Positions 11,985-24,475 of a stretch of 64,000 nt of DNA are shown here, one piece after another. Made by a program: the position numbers and the translations under genes. The number at the start of each line of letters is the position of its first letter. The first letter of the stretch is position 1. This stretch comes from Lama guanicoe (Eukaryota). Under the pieces are notes generated by a model, which had not been told where the DNA came from, did no database searches, and was given only the letters and a program-made list of their open reading frames with translations. The stretch lies in the NCBI GenBank assembly GCA_013239625.1, contig MU053561.1, positions 1,535,818 through 1,599,817 on the forward strand, written 5' to 3'.

Positions 11985-12829
11985 GTGGCAAGTTAAAAGT
12001 TTAAAGACATCACAGGAAGGACAGAGACAGACATTTAGTTTCAGACTTACTAATTTTATGTCTCTCGCAGGTTATTTGATCACACTGTGTCTCAATCCCA
12101 TCGTCTATAAAATTGGGGTAATAATGCCTCTCTGATATCTGTAAAGCACCTCACACATAGTAGACACTCATAAAAGACAATGATGAGGAGGATGTCTCTG
12201 GCACTTACAGTGAAGGAGCCGAGGGGACACTGCGTTCCCTGGGAAACCCAAACCCCTCGCAGCTTACAGGAGAATCCTGGGCTGGATTCCTGGGATGGTA
12301 TCATGCAGACACTGTGGAGACATCTGATTACATGACTTAGCACTGATTTATGGAAGCTGTGGGCTGTCCAGGACCTGAGGGCTATCACCAATCCATGGCA
12401 TACCTGGCCAAGAGTGTTGGTGGAAGTGTCTCTGTATGGTGACATTGTGACATTTCAGAAAGCAAACCAGCTCTGAATGCTCCTTATCGAGTAGTGATTC
12501 AAACATGAATACCAGGGGGTTCCCAGCTCCAACCAAATACTTCAATCTGCTCCAGTGTCAACCTGTGTATTAAACACTGGTGCCTTTTGTCATCACACCG
12601 AGCCAAGGATGCAGTAATACTTTCTCCTTCAAATCCTTGACTCCAGAGTTTGCTGTTGGCCTGCCAAGTCTCTGTGCCATTAAGACAGTCTCTGTCCTCT
12701 TCCTCCTCTCAGCTGAGGTCTCTAGGGCCCTCAGGTAGGCTCTTCCAGTTTCTCAGATTTCTCTAGAATCCTGTGCCCTCCAGGAGCGGTCAGGCTCAGG
12801 TGATTTTAATCTGTCCTGCCAAATGTCTT

Positions 12830-13040
12830 TCAATATAAATATTTACGAAGTTGAAATCACAGTAAATGTACACATTTGAATCCTACTTTTTTCATTTAAC
12901 ATAGTAAACATCATTGTGTCTTCAAATTATTTTTGGTAAATTTTATGTTTACGGAAGCATAATATTTCATTCCATAAAGAATCAGAATTGACTCAGTGTT
13001 TCTCTGCTGCTGAATATCTAAGTTGTCCCCTACTCCTTTT
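12830..13040 (-). mobile_element. Old LINE-1 (L1M-type) fragment
   Basis: ctttttcatttaac...gcataatatttcattccata...gaatatctaagttgtcc antisense L1M text. Confidence 0.55.
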
Positions 13041-14948
13041 TTCTCACATATGCTTAACAAAACAGTAACTTCACTGAGAGAAGACAAAGGAGGAAATCTC
13101 ACAAGGGCCCCCGGGCAGTTGAGAGGCTTATCTCTGGCCAGGGCTTCGAGTCTCACTTACTCCTGGTTTTGACAGACCGTTCCCTAAAAGAATGTGCTCT
13201 CTGGATCTCTGACCACAGGAAACATATCCGAGGACTGGAAAGAAGACTGTGTTGTGTGCCGTTTCTTTCTGTTTGGAGAGTCTGATGAGAAAAGCGAAGG
13301 AAGCATCTTTTATCTCAGATGTCCAGGTGAGAGCACTGAGACCTTTCCACAGCGGCTGCAGGCCCTGCACCGGCTCTAACCAGCGCCGTCGCTTTGCACA
13401 GGTTGGACATGCCGTTCCTGTTCCTACCCCTCTGCGCCTTAGTTCGCGCTCTTCATCTCTGTCAGGAACACCTTTCCTCTGCACTCTGCCACCCATTCTT
13501 CAGGTTCCAAACTGCTGCTTTCCGTGCAGCTCTTTGAATCTGTTTCTACTGTATTAATCCTCACCAAGATCTTCCCTCTCTGAACTCTTAGTAAAAGCAG
13601 AAAATCAGAATTTTGTGCTCAGTTGTCCTACGCAGTCTTCATATAAAATTTTCCTACCTTTCTACCTAGGTCACAAGCACCTTAAGGTTTTAAAAACCCC
13701 ATAGCTATCATGGTATGATATCATAGTGGGGGATCAGATTGACTGCAAAGACCCGTGTACCAGGGGGTCCAAAGATGTATGAGAGCAAGGCTGCATTAAT
13801 CCAGGGACATAAAAATGGGAAACCAATTCCCAAAAGATGAGGAGATCAGAAGGAAGAGGAGAGGCTGGGGGCTCTGCAGAGCTCTGCAAGCACAGGAGAC
13901 ATGGGAGAGGTCAGTAGGTGGACAGACAGGTGCTATTAGAGAGATTTGGGAACAGGTAGCAGGAAACTGGAAAAATAAATGCACCAAGTATTTCCATGGG
14001 CATGGCCATGGCCAATAGAAGGGTCAGGCTGTCTGACCCTGGAGCGTGGTGATAAGGACAGTGTGTGGCTGGGCTGAGATTGAGTCCAGAAACTGCCTAA
14101 GAAGTACCCTGGCTGATTTGGGCGCAGTCACTCAGCAGAAGCTTTTACACAAGGAGTTAAGGTCCCTTTTCCTTATTTAATGCTGCAAGAGAGACCTACT
14201 AAAGCAAGTTGCAGTACACCCTTCATCCCAGGCCAGAACTGTATCTCAAGTGTGGGACAAGGTCTCATCTACAGATAAATCCTAAGTAGGAAAAGTTACA
14301 TTTAAAGAATTTTCATGGAGAGGAGGCAGACAAAACCTTTGTTGCTATTCATATATTAGGTACTCAATAAATAATTACTGCTTAATTAGCAAAAAAGATT
14401 TTGGCTAAATTTTTTCTTCCTTTTTGGGGGTAGTTGTTATTTACATGATGACAATGACTATTTTTCTTTGACATCGTGGTGGAGGGAACAGTTCAGGAAG
14501 GAGGCAGGGGCAGGGTGGCAGAAAGGATGGTAAAAGAATAAAAATGTTTACATATAGCTGAATCCACTGGCTCCAGTTGCTTTCCTGCTGGGAACCCTAG
14601 ACAACCACAGCAAATAAGGAATTGCACAGACAGGGGAATGGCAGGTCAGCTTTTGAGATCTCCCAAGAGAGTCTAACCTTCTGAGTGAGGATCCTAAAAT
14701 AATGTTGGCATTAACTTGCAAGATCTGAGACAGTCATGTCAAGCTCCTGTCCCCCAGCCCAGTATTCCTAAGCTGACCACACACAACGTCCCTGCAGAGA
14801 ACACGAGGGGCCATGAAATAAACACAGATGCTTAAGCACCAAGCAGGAAAGGACTTCTCAAGTAACACAGCTGATTCTATAAAGACTCAGATAAAGTCTT
14901 GAACGTCCTAAGTTTACCTCGCCCTTATAAAAATCAAGGGGCATTTTG

Positions 14949-15266
14949 TGACGTGAAGGAACCCCCCCCAGAATTAAAGTAATTAAATAAACGAGTCAAG
15001 CGCGCTTGAGTCAGCTGGTGTGATTTGCTGCCCCTGGGGAAGTCCAAGTCAAACACTGGACTAGAGTTTGAAAACGGCGGGGCCATCTAAAGACCATTCC
15101 TTGCATTCATCTCAGGTCAAAGAGGATAAAGATGAGAGTAATCAGGCTGAAGTTTCAGGACATGATGTGATTACGATGGCGTTCACTCTGTCGTGTCCAG
15201 CCTTCCCAGCTGGCATTGGGCATTTTGAAATTCCCTGCCCCAGGCATGTGGAACCTTCGCCACGTG
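14949..15266. promoter_or_regulatory. Candidate enhancer (AP-1/CRE/E-box/NF-kB-like motif cluster)
   Basis: TGACGTGA 14949, TGAGTCA 15007, CAGCTG 15012, TGAAATTCCC 15226, CACGTG 15261; local CpG retention in non-repeat sequence. Confidence 0.4.
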
Positions 15267-18200
15267 AGAGATTGGTGGGGACATCCCCACAGCGTGACCT
15301 ATTACTCTGTGTTCTTGTAGCATCAGGATGGAGTTCAACAGGCCCCTTCCCATTGGCAGAAGGGAAGCCTCACCTGGCCACCGTGGGGGCTGCAAGTACT
15401 GAATGTGGCAAAACCGAGATCTGATGTGTGTTTAGAACAGCCTCCTACTAAATTCCTTAAGCAGATTAGAAGTGGTTCTGGCCCTGATCTCTCTCTGCCA
15501 GGCACAGTAGAAGGAGACAATAAAAAAATTAAGCCTGCTAATCCTACCCAGAACTGCCCAAAACTACTTTGGGCTGGGGGACACACATGCTCAGCCTTCA
15601 GAGATGCATATGGGCGCATTTTGTTAATCCCCATCACTGCGTGTCAGGGATAACCGATCTATGACTAAAAATAGTGTGAGGACAGCAGTACCAGCCATTT
15701 GGGGCTGAACTGAGGACACAGTGGAAAACTTGACAGCAGCACAGTAGAACCTTCCTGGCCGAAGGCCACAGGCTCAAGGGCAAAAGCTCTGGGCTCATCT
15801 GCTGGGGAAGCTTGATTGACAGGCTCGCCTCCCAAGAGTTTCAGTGGCTGTCATCTTCTCACATTACCGGGCACCTTCTGAGTGCAGGGCAAAGTGCTAG
15901 GAACAGGGGATGTAATGGTAGAAGACATGGTTCTTTGGAAAAGCTTACAACTGAGTGATGTTTAAGAAAGATATGTAGAATAAAACAAAAATAGCACTGC
16001 TTCACTTCACTGACTTCATTCTAAAACTGTCTCCAGCACCTACAGTAACTGAGGAAGAAATCAAAACTGTAAGAGCGGAGGTTCAAGCCCATTCTTGGCC
16101 CTGATATGTTTCTTTGGGTGAGTTGGAGAAAGAGAGAGGCAAGAAGAGGCCATGTTACCAATTTATTCAAATTAGTTACATGTAGTTAGTATCAAGTATT
16201 ACTGGTAATGCCTTCTATATCCTAAGGAAATGTCTACCACCAAACATTAATTTTTTAAATTACAGAATCATTGAATCTCAGGATTTTCCACTGCATAATT
16301 GTTGCATGCCTACTATAAACCAGATACCATGCAAATCATCTTTTTAAAGATTGACTTAAACACTTATCATCATCTTGTCCAAAGTGTATTTAATAGGAGA
16401 GTAATTCTGAGGAAAATTGCTAGATATTCTCAAGAAAGCCACATGCTCTCTGCCATTAGGGTGGCAGTTGCCAGCTGTAACACGAGGTCTCATCAGGACA
16501 GTCCTTGTCTCCCTCAGAGTGCCAGACATTATTGATTCTGATCAAGGCACTCATCTTATTTCTTAGAATACATGATGCTAGGTTCTTGAAGAAAGCATTC
16601 AATGGAACTTTCATCTCTTTTGCAGGCTTCAGCTCACAAGCTTTGTAGAGTGCGCTAATATCCTACTTAAACACGTTCAAATTCAATTCAATGAAAAACA
16701 GCACATTTGAGTCACCAGACAAACATCAGGGGTGAATTTTAATAAAGAGCGTAACTCCATTTTGTAATGTTGGACTGCTGACAGCTTTTAAGACTCACTC
16801 CTACCTCTCCCCCTGTGTCCCACATCTGGGAAAGTGGATAAGAGCCAATTGGGAAATACATTTAAAAATCTTTTAAGATGTATATACTCCTTGTTCCCAT
16901 TATTCCACATCCAACCATTTAATCCAAGAAAATTAAGACTCTTCAGCATGGACATTCAATTCATAGGAAAATGATGACAAGATACGATGGAAAGGAAAAT
17001 GCAGCCTCCCCATTAATAAGCTTCCAGAATCACATGTGCATATAAATGATGACTCGGATTAAAGATTTGTTGAAATCTTGGTAGACAACTGTTGAAGCTC
17101 TGTAGAAAAAACTCCATCAGTCTGTGTAGAGAAATAAGCTAGGAAAAGCCCAGCTGGCTGACTATTCAGTCTTTTCTTTTGGTCTTTTCTTCCTATTTTG
17201 TGTGGAGACATGCAGAGGTTCAAGGTGGGTTTTGACAGCTTTGATATAAGCAGAGGGCTGTAGGGTCCAGTTGCTCTTGAATGTCCAGCAGACTAATGGA
17301 TTGACCTTCCAAAAAGATCAATTCAAGCCCTGGCTGACCCACCCAATTCAGGTATCAGATGAGTGAAATAACCAGACCTTAAACTGTATCTTAGCCATCT
17401 CACCAGCAAACTTAGATTGACTATCCAACTGTTCATGGTTCTGTGATTGCCCATCACAGAGGCATTGCAAAAATGATGTAATTTACTCATCTGGGGTCAA
17501 TTAAATCATAGTGCACCATATGTATAGTGATAGGTTAAGTTTCCAGGTAAGTGGCGTCAATGAATGATGCATACTAAAAATTCACTTCACCTGCTGTGCT
17601 TTTTAACTATTAAAAGGCACAGAAGAGCCAACCAAGATGATCAGTTTGATGAGCATGCTTCCTGAAGAAAGGAGGAATTTTACAGCTCTGAATAATGTCA
17701 AATTGTATTTGCCTGTCATCAAAATTGGTCCCAGAGAAAGATACATCAGGATGTGTCAGCACTCCCTGTCAGAGGATTGCCAGCTGCCCAAATGAAGAGA
17801 GAGAATGAACATTTCTCTCAGAATAGTGCTTTACACCTTCTTTGGTGTTTCCATCTGGAAAATCTCAAAACATTTGACTAATTTAATTATATATCTGCAA
17901 TTATGCTTTGCTTGTTTTCTTGGAAAGAAGGAAATGAACATTTATTGAGTGCTTTTCTATGTCAAACACTGGTAGCTGTTTGACAAATGGAACAGGATGC
18001 TAAAATGGAACTTGACACTGAGACGCTGAGAAGCAACTCATTCCAATTCATACAATTGTCAAAGGACACGTTCAGAAACTCTTACAGGACTTAATTACTC
18101 ACTCACACAGGGTTATAAGAGGTCAAGAGGTACATATTTGAAGAGACTTCCTTTGGAGAGAGCAGTGCTGTGTGTCTCCCATCCTACTTCTCCAAGGGAG

Positions 18201-18963
18201 AGGGGGATGAGAGTACCATCTCCTAAGCCCAAATCCAGAGAGAGGGATTTTGAAGAGACCAGTTGGAGATCGTAATGTTATTCCTGTAATCTTCGGGGTA
18301 CATACTGGTTTTGTGGTTGAGCCACATCTGGGGAATATAAACAAGCAGAGGCTGGCTGAAACAGAGTAAGGGACTGTAGAGTGGGAATTGAGAACACTCC
18401 CAGAATCAGGGCAGACACCTTGTGCATTTCCTGTGAACCAGGGGATTGGAGCGAACTTCCTGGAGGGGGAAGAGGACCTCAACAGCTGGGAAACCAGAGG
18501 TAGATGCCTCGAGCCTATGCAGGAATCAAGTATTAGTGCACAGAGGAAGAACATGAGGCGACGGGGCTGTAGTGATGGCTGGGGGTGAGGTCACCGAAGC
18601 ACTCCCAGAAGCATCCGGGAAAGAAGAATCATTTGAATGTCTTCCAGGTCCACAGATTGCTGACTCTGCACCACCCCCGATTTCCCATTTGCCTTACCTC
18701 TGCCCTCTCTCCTCTGTTGTAACACTGGGAATGTTAGAAGCACTGATAAGAAAAGAAGGGGATTCCATGAGGAAAGAGGAAATTAGCCAGTACTTCCTGC
18801 TCAGAGAGGCAGTAGATGCAGGAGAGCAGAAGTGTCAGGTTTAAAGTTTACCTTTGATTATTACATGAGACTACATTTTTTAATCCCTGAGTTGAAACTG
18901 TATTTGTGACATGAGAGGATGGAACACCTGGGTTACCTGAGAGCAACTGGAGAAGTAATGGGA

Positions 18964-19439
18964 TCTGACAGGATGAATAATGGCCCCCTAAAGATGTTCA
19001 TACCCTGATCCCTAGAACCTGTGCATCTGTTTCCTTAAACGGCAAAGGGGACTTTGGAGATGTGATTAAGTTAAGAATATTGAAATAGGGAGATGATGCT
19101 AGAGTTTCCTGGTGGGCCCAGTGTAATCCCAAGGGTCCTTATGGGGAGAGACAGGAGCGTCACTGACACAGAAGGCAATGTGATTACAGAAGCAGAGGGA
19201 CAGAGAGATTGGGAGGTACTGTACTGCTGGTTTTGAAGACAGAGAATGGGACCATAAGCCAAGGAGGTAGGTGGCCTGTAGAAACTAGAAAGTGAGGAAA
19301 TATATCCCCCCACCCCACCCAGGGCATCAAGAAGGAACACAGCCCTGCTGACCCATGAGGACTTCTAACCTCCAGAACTACAGGATAATAAATGTGTGTT
19401 GTTTTAAGCCACCTACAGCAGCAATAGCAGACAAATACA
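18964..19439 (+). mobile_element. MaLR solo LTR (MLT1D-like)
   Basis: gaataatggccccctaaagatgt...gatgtgattaagttaag...cagccctgctgac...acttctaacctccagaact...ataaatgtgtgttgttttaagccac...aataca; perfect 5-bp TSD TGGGA at 18959-18963 and 19440-19444. Confidence 0.9.
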
Positions 19440-20209
19440 TGGGATTTGTTCGCGTTTTCTTCAAGGGGTAGGGGGAAAACTTGCCTCACTGATTAAAATC
19501 AAAGGGACAGAAGGAAACAAGGGGGAAAGGGTTGCTTTATGATTTTATATCCCCCAAGGCAAGCTTGTTCATGGTTATGCTTTGTTACCTTGATTAATAT
19601 GCACAATAATTTTGCGATTATCTATTATAATCTCCATTTTTAAATTAAGAAGCTGAACATTAGAGGTTAAAAAACTTGCCTAAGGTGACACAGTGGACAT
19701 GGTCTGGGCTACAGATGGCAGGCCAGCTGGCACAAACCCTCTCGTCTACTTAGCAGCAAAGCCTATGCTTTCTTCGTTGCACTGCCCCATCTTTTGCGTG
19801 CATCATTCTCATTTGGAGATGGGTCATAAGCTACGAAACACCTTTCATACATTTTGTGTCCCCTAGATGTATGAGCCCTCCCTGGGATTCAGTGCCCAGT
19901 TCATCCTAATTAGCCTCCCTGACACCCTTGAGCTGATGGTGCCCCCAATCTAACTCTATCTTTGACCTTCCATGACTAGACTGCATTTGCAAGGATGCTT
20001 CCCGGATTCAGTCTTCCTGAAAAGAATCTTCTCATTTAGGAGTTTGGTCATCATCTGGACCTGCTTCCCTTGACTCCTAATTTCTCTTAACATTGTCACC
20101 CTTTTCCCAATTTTCCAGAACGGAAAGTTTGGACTTTCCTTAGACTTGTCTCTTTATCTCATTCTTTAACCCGATGGTTGTCACAGGTGGTATATTCAAC
20201 CTATTCTAT

Positions 20210-20330
20210 CTGGAATGAAACTCAGAGAGAAAAAATTTGAAAAAATGTTTACAATATCAGTGATCTGTAGGACGACTTCTGATGGCTTCATATGTATATA
20301 TAACTGGAGACTGTGGGAGTGATGACTGTG
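20210..20330 (+). mobile_element. LINE-1 ORF1 remnant
   Basis: tcagtgatctgtaggacgac...catatgtatatataactggagac resembles conserved L1 ORF1 segment. Confidence 0.5.
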
Positions 20331-20404
20331 TTCATGATTTTTTGAGGGGGCGGGGCAGAACACTTCTTTCTTTTCTTTTCTAGAATACCTCTTTGTTTTT
20401 TTAA

Positions 20405-20540
20405 TAAGTTCATGATCTTGATTGCAGTGATGGTTTCATAGGTATATACATATACCAAAACTTTAAGAGTTAAACATTTTGAATATGTGCACTTTATTAT
20501 GTCAGCTATTCCTCAATAAAGCTTAAAAATGAAAAAATAT
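20405..20540 (+). mobile_element. Old LINE-1 (L1M-type) 3' end
   Basis: atcttgattgcagtgatggtttcataggtatatacata...tatgtgcactttatt...cctcaataaagc followed by A-rich tail. Confidence 0.8.
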
Positions 20541-23500
20541 ATTCGAGGGTAGATTCAGCACCAGTCCCTCTGTCTTCTCCTTTCCTTGCCCTCCCACAGG
20601 CAACCCCTTCTAGGATCGACAGTCCCATCTAAGCTGTGAGCTGGCTCTCTTCCCAGACTTTTCCACTGCAGAGGATCCCTCTAATGTGTCCTAGCTCCCT
20701 CCAGCTACAACAGCAGGGTCTTGGGCAGGAACAAATTGAACATTCCTCAGCACACTACTGTGAATGTAAAGTAAAAATCAATCAAAACATCTTCACAGAA
20801 ATTTCCAAAAGCTGTTATGAATTACTATAAAAATTATAAATCATTTTTAAATGGCAAGTAAATCTAGTTAATTAGCAATTCTGTCAATTAGCCATTTGGC
20901 AAATTGGTTTTCAGGGAATTGGCTTTTGGTAAATTGACATTGAGCTGCCTGACATCAACATCTTTCCTTTGTCAAGGGGACCAGATGAACTAAAAAGAGT
21001 ATTGTTCTTTCTTACACAAAATACAATAAGAATATGTGTGTCCTTTCTAGAATACAGACTACACATTTGCAAAGAAGAAGAAAATATATTGTTGGCAACA
21101 TTCAGTTGCCTAGAAGTTATGCTTCCTTAATTTTTAAGGTTTCTGTCTTTAAAGCTTTGACTGGAGAGCCAAAGTACAAAAATTCACAATTCAGTGGAAT
21201 ATTAGAGTTCTGGCCAGAGCTAAATGTAAAGACATAATGTCTTTATAATTATGACCAGAACTGGTCAAGAAGATGAAAAGAATGAAGAATTCAAATACAC
21301 ATCAAATAAATTAATTGAAAACAGTCCAAGTGGGGTTTTTGGACTTCTCTCTACCTAAATCAGGTAATAAACTTTGAATACAGTTATTCAAATATATATA
21401 TATATAAATTGAAACTAGGAACACAAGATGTGAACTTGATCCCACTTAAGTATATGGACTTGAAGTCTTGTTGAGTTAGGGGCCATGAAGGAGATGACCC
21501 AGCAGCGCATCAGTGCCTGTGGTAGTTTCATCTTACATGTAATAATACAGAAGTCCTCTGTCCTGATCTCGCTTTTCTGCTGAAAAAATAACTGTAACTT
21601 CATCTCATATATTTTCATCCAGTCATGGGTAATCTCCTAAGATGGCAAAATGATGTCCTGTAGTTTGTTCGTGATCATCTGTGGCACCAGCATACACTTC
21701 CTAGATGGTCACAGCCCCTGAGGCCCATATTCTGCTGTTGAACCTGACCCAGTTATGAAACCTCAGCTTGCTTAAGATAGAAAAACTGTTCCTCATCATA
21801 GTGAAAGTGCCTTTTCAATCCTTGAGATGATTAGAATTTAATGTAGAAATGATGAAGTAAATCAACACCTACTGTTAATATTTTGTGTATGTTTAGGAAT
21901 GCTATGATATATATTTATTATTTTAAGTCTCTAATGTTCAAGAAAATCTGACACATTAGTCAAACAAAAATCTAATTACATGACAAAGTTGTAGCACTTT
22001 TAATGATAACTGTTCACACTGCTCAGTTTGCAAATGCAAACACAAGTCTTGCTTAACTTTTCACAGAATGGTAGATTAAAGATGAATTAAACCACACTGT
22101 TGCTTTATTCTTCTGCCAGGAGATTTTGGGGTCTTACACAATTAACAACATAGTAAGTCTAATTGAAGAAATAAAGATTGAGAAAATGTCATATAATTGT
22201 CATTAACAATGGAACAATCAAGGGAAGCAATTTAGGAGTCACAAATTTTAGTCACACCCTTCAGCAGGGTGTTCAGACAGACGTCACAGCACAACAGAAT
22301 GTAACAGAAGCACAAACTGATCCAGAAAGACTGTGGGTCACTGTTATCAGCCAACTGACTGTATAAGTACCTGGAACATAAAAAAATGTTGAAATAAAAT
22401 AAATCACAACCAGTAGAAGTTAAAAAGTCTTTTCCAACAACAAAAGCCTGAACTTTGTAATTTGTAAATGGCAGTGCTTACATAGCAGAACCTAGCGAAA
22501 ATAAAAATGGCTTAAAGAAAGTAGTTTGCTGGAGCCTGATGCTAAGTCATCAAATGCTGTACCTGGAGTGTTCAGTATTTCTTTCATGAATCGTGTGGTG
22601 AAGAGCCTCCTATTACTCAACTACAGCTATGATTTTAACATCTGTGTGCCTACCAAGGAAGCAGGTATAAATGAAAAGCCAGAGCGATGTAATTATCTTG
22701 AAATCTTGTTATTCAGCTCTACTGCTGCATTAGTAGATCAAAAGAAAAGAACCTCAAGCGCTTAGGAAAAGCAGTAAGTGATTGCAAAAGTATTCAAAAT
22801 AAAAATAAAAATAAGAACCAGTTAAGTCTGCTTCTGAAAACACTCAGTATCCTCAAGCAGCGCACAAAGCTTCCGTTGGGGATTGCTTCAGCAAGACTGT
22901 GTCATAATCATTGGCCAAATCTTCAAGTTCAGGAGATAAAGAAAAGGTATATTTTCATCTTAGTTACTGTTAGAAAGATAGCAAATGTTTCTAACATGAG
23001 CTTGCCAACTATATTTTGCTTTTCCACTGACCTTAGTTAGTAGTGGGTACCTATATAGTATCACAAGTGAGCAGTAGTCCCTCAGGCGTCATCTAAGAGC
23101 TAACGCCTCCAAGAGAATGGATTGCTCTTACATTATAATGTCAAACTTAAAAATTTAACCCCACCAATATTTTCTTATCATTTAGAATATCTATTTATAC
23201 TTACTAAAATCAATTTTAGAGTAATTTAGGCATAGTTTTATCACAATCACACTTACGCTTAAATAGAAAGGAAAATAGAAGCAAAAGAATTGTTAGCCAC
23301 AACTGGGAGTCCAACTCCTCTAAATCACTTTTTGTCCGCATTTTTCCAGACAGTATCATCTCTTGTGCCATCAAGAGTGTGTATAGCGCACTATTTCTTG
23401 AAAGAATGCTTCATGGTGCCCCTCTGTTTAGTTAGCAGGAAGGTAAGGACAAATTGATGTTTGATGCCCCAAGGACAGCCCTACTCCGTGTGTGAAGTAG

Positions 23501-23849
23501 TTAGACCATCCGTCATCTCGTTGCTTTGAATTTTCTATCATCTATTCCAAGGATTTGGAGACTTCTCCTCGTTCAGTTCTGCTGCTTGGCAAGTGAGAGG
23601 CAATCCTTTTGCACATAGCTTTTAAATAAACATAATGCTCCTTTCACTTTCCTGTGGGTATGAGCCCATGATACTGTGAATAATGTATTACAACAATAAT
23701 TTTTGCAGTTTTCTAATTTATTCTTATACCAAAAGTCAATTTTATGATGACAACGTTTGACTCAAGTCTTGATTTTAACCACGTATCTGTTTTAACTCCT
23801 GACCATTTGGGATTCTGTCAAAATGTGTATTTGGTCCAGCTCTGCTTTT

Positions 23850-23929
23850 TAGGGACCCTCTTGTTTGCCACCTCAGCATCCATTTTCCCTACTCTCTTTT
23901 GATTTCCTAATATATAATATATATTAGGA

Positions 23930-23976
<47 letters not shown>

Positions 23977-24475
23977 GCTAGGTTGATGTCTTTCTCCCTC
24001 TCCTATGCTGCTAAGACGACTTAGGGAGGGCAGTCCCCACTCCTGGTTTCAAGGATGGACCTGATGGGTCTTAGAGAATCCCATCTCCTTGCCAGTGATT
24101 GATTTAGAAATGAGTAAAATACCTTATTCTAGCCAATGAGATGTCAGAAGGGATTTGCTGAAGGTTTGGGGAAATTTTTTTCATCTTAAAAGAAGGCGCC
24201 ATAAGGCCCTTCTTTCTCTGCCACTAGATGTGAAAAGGAAAGTACACCCTACTGCTACCAGCAGCCATTCTGTTGCCATGAAAGAAACTAGACTGAAGAT
24301 GAGACTGATATGGCCAATCATCCAGCAGAAGAGGATGCCAGAAATTGATGACAACCCTGAGTCACTGATTGAACCAAGGGAGAAATCTGCCCTATTGTTG
24401 CTCTTCCATGTATGTCCGCTAATGCATTTCCTTAAAAAAGATACTAAGATACTTGTGGCTGAACACATTCTAGTT
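23850..24475 (+). mobile_element. Old MaLR LTR (MLT1J/K-like)
   Basis: ccagtgattgatttag...tagccaatgagatgt...cagccattctgttgccatgaa...acttgtggctgaacacattct. Confidence 0.55.
23931..23972. repeat. (TG)21 microsatellite
   Basis: Direct read. Confidence 0.97.
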
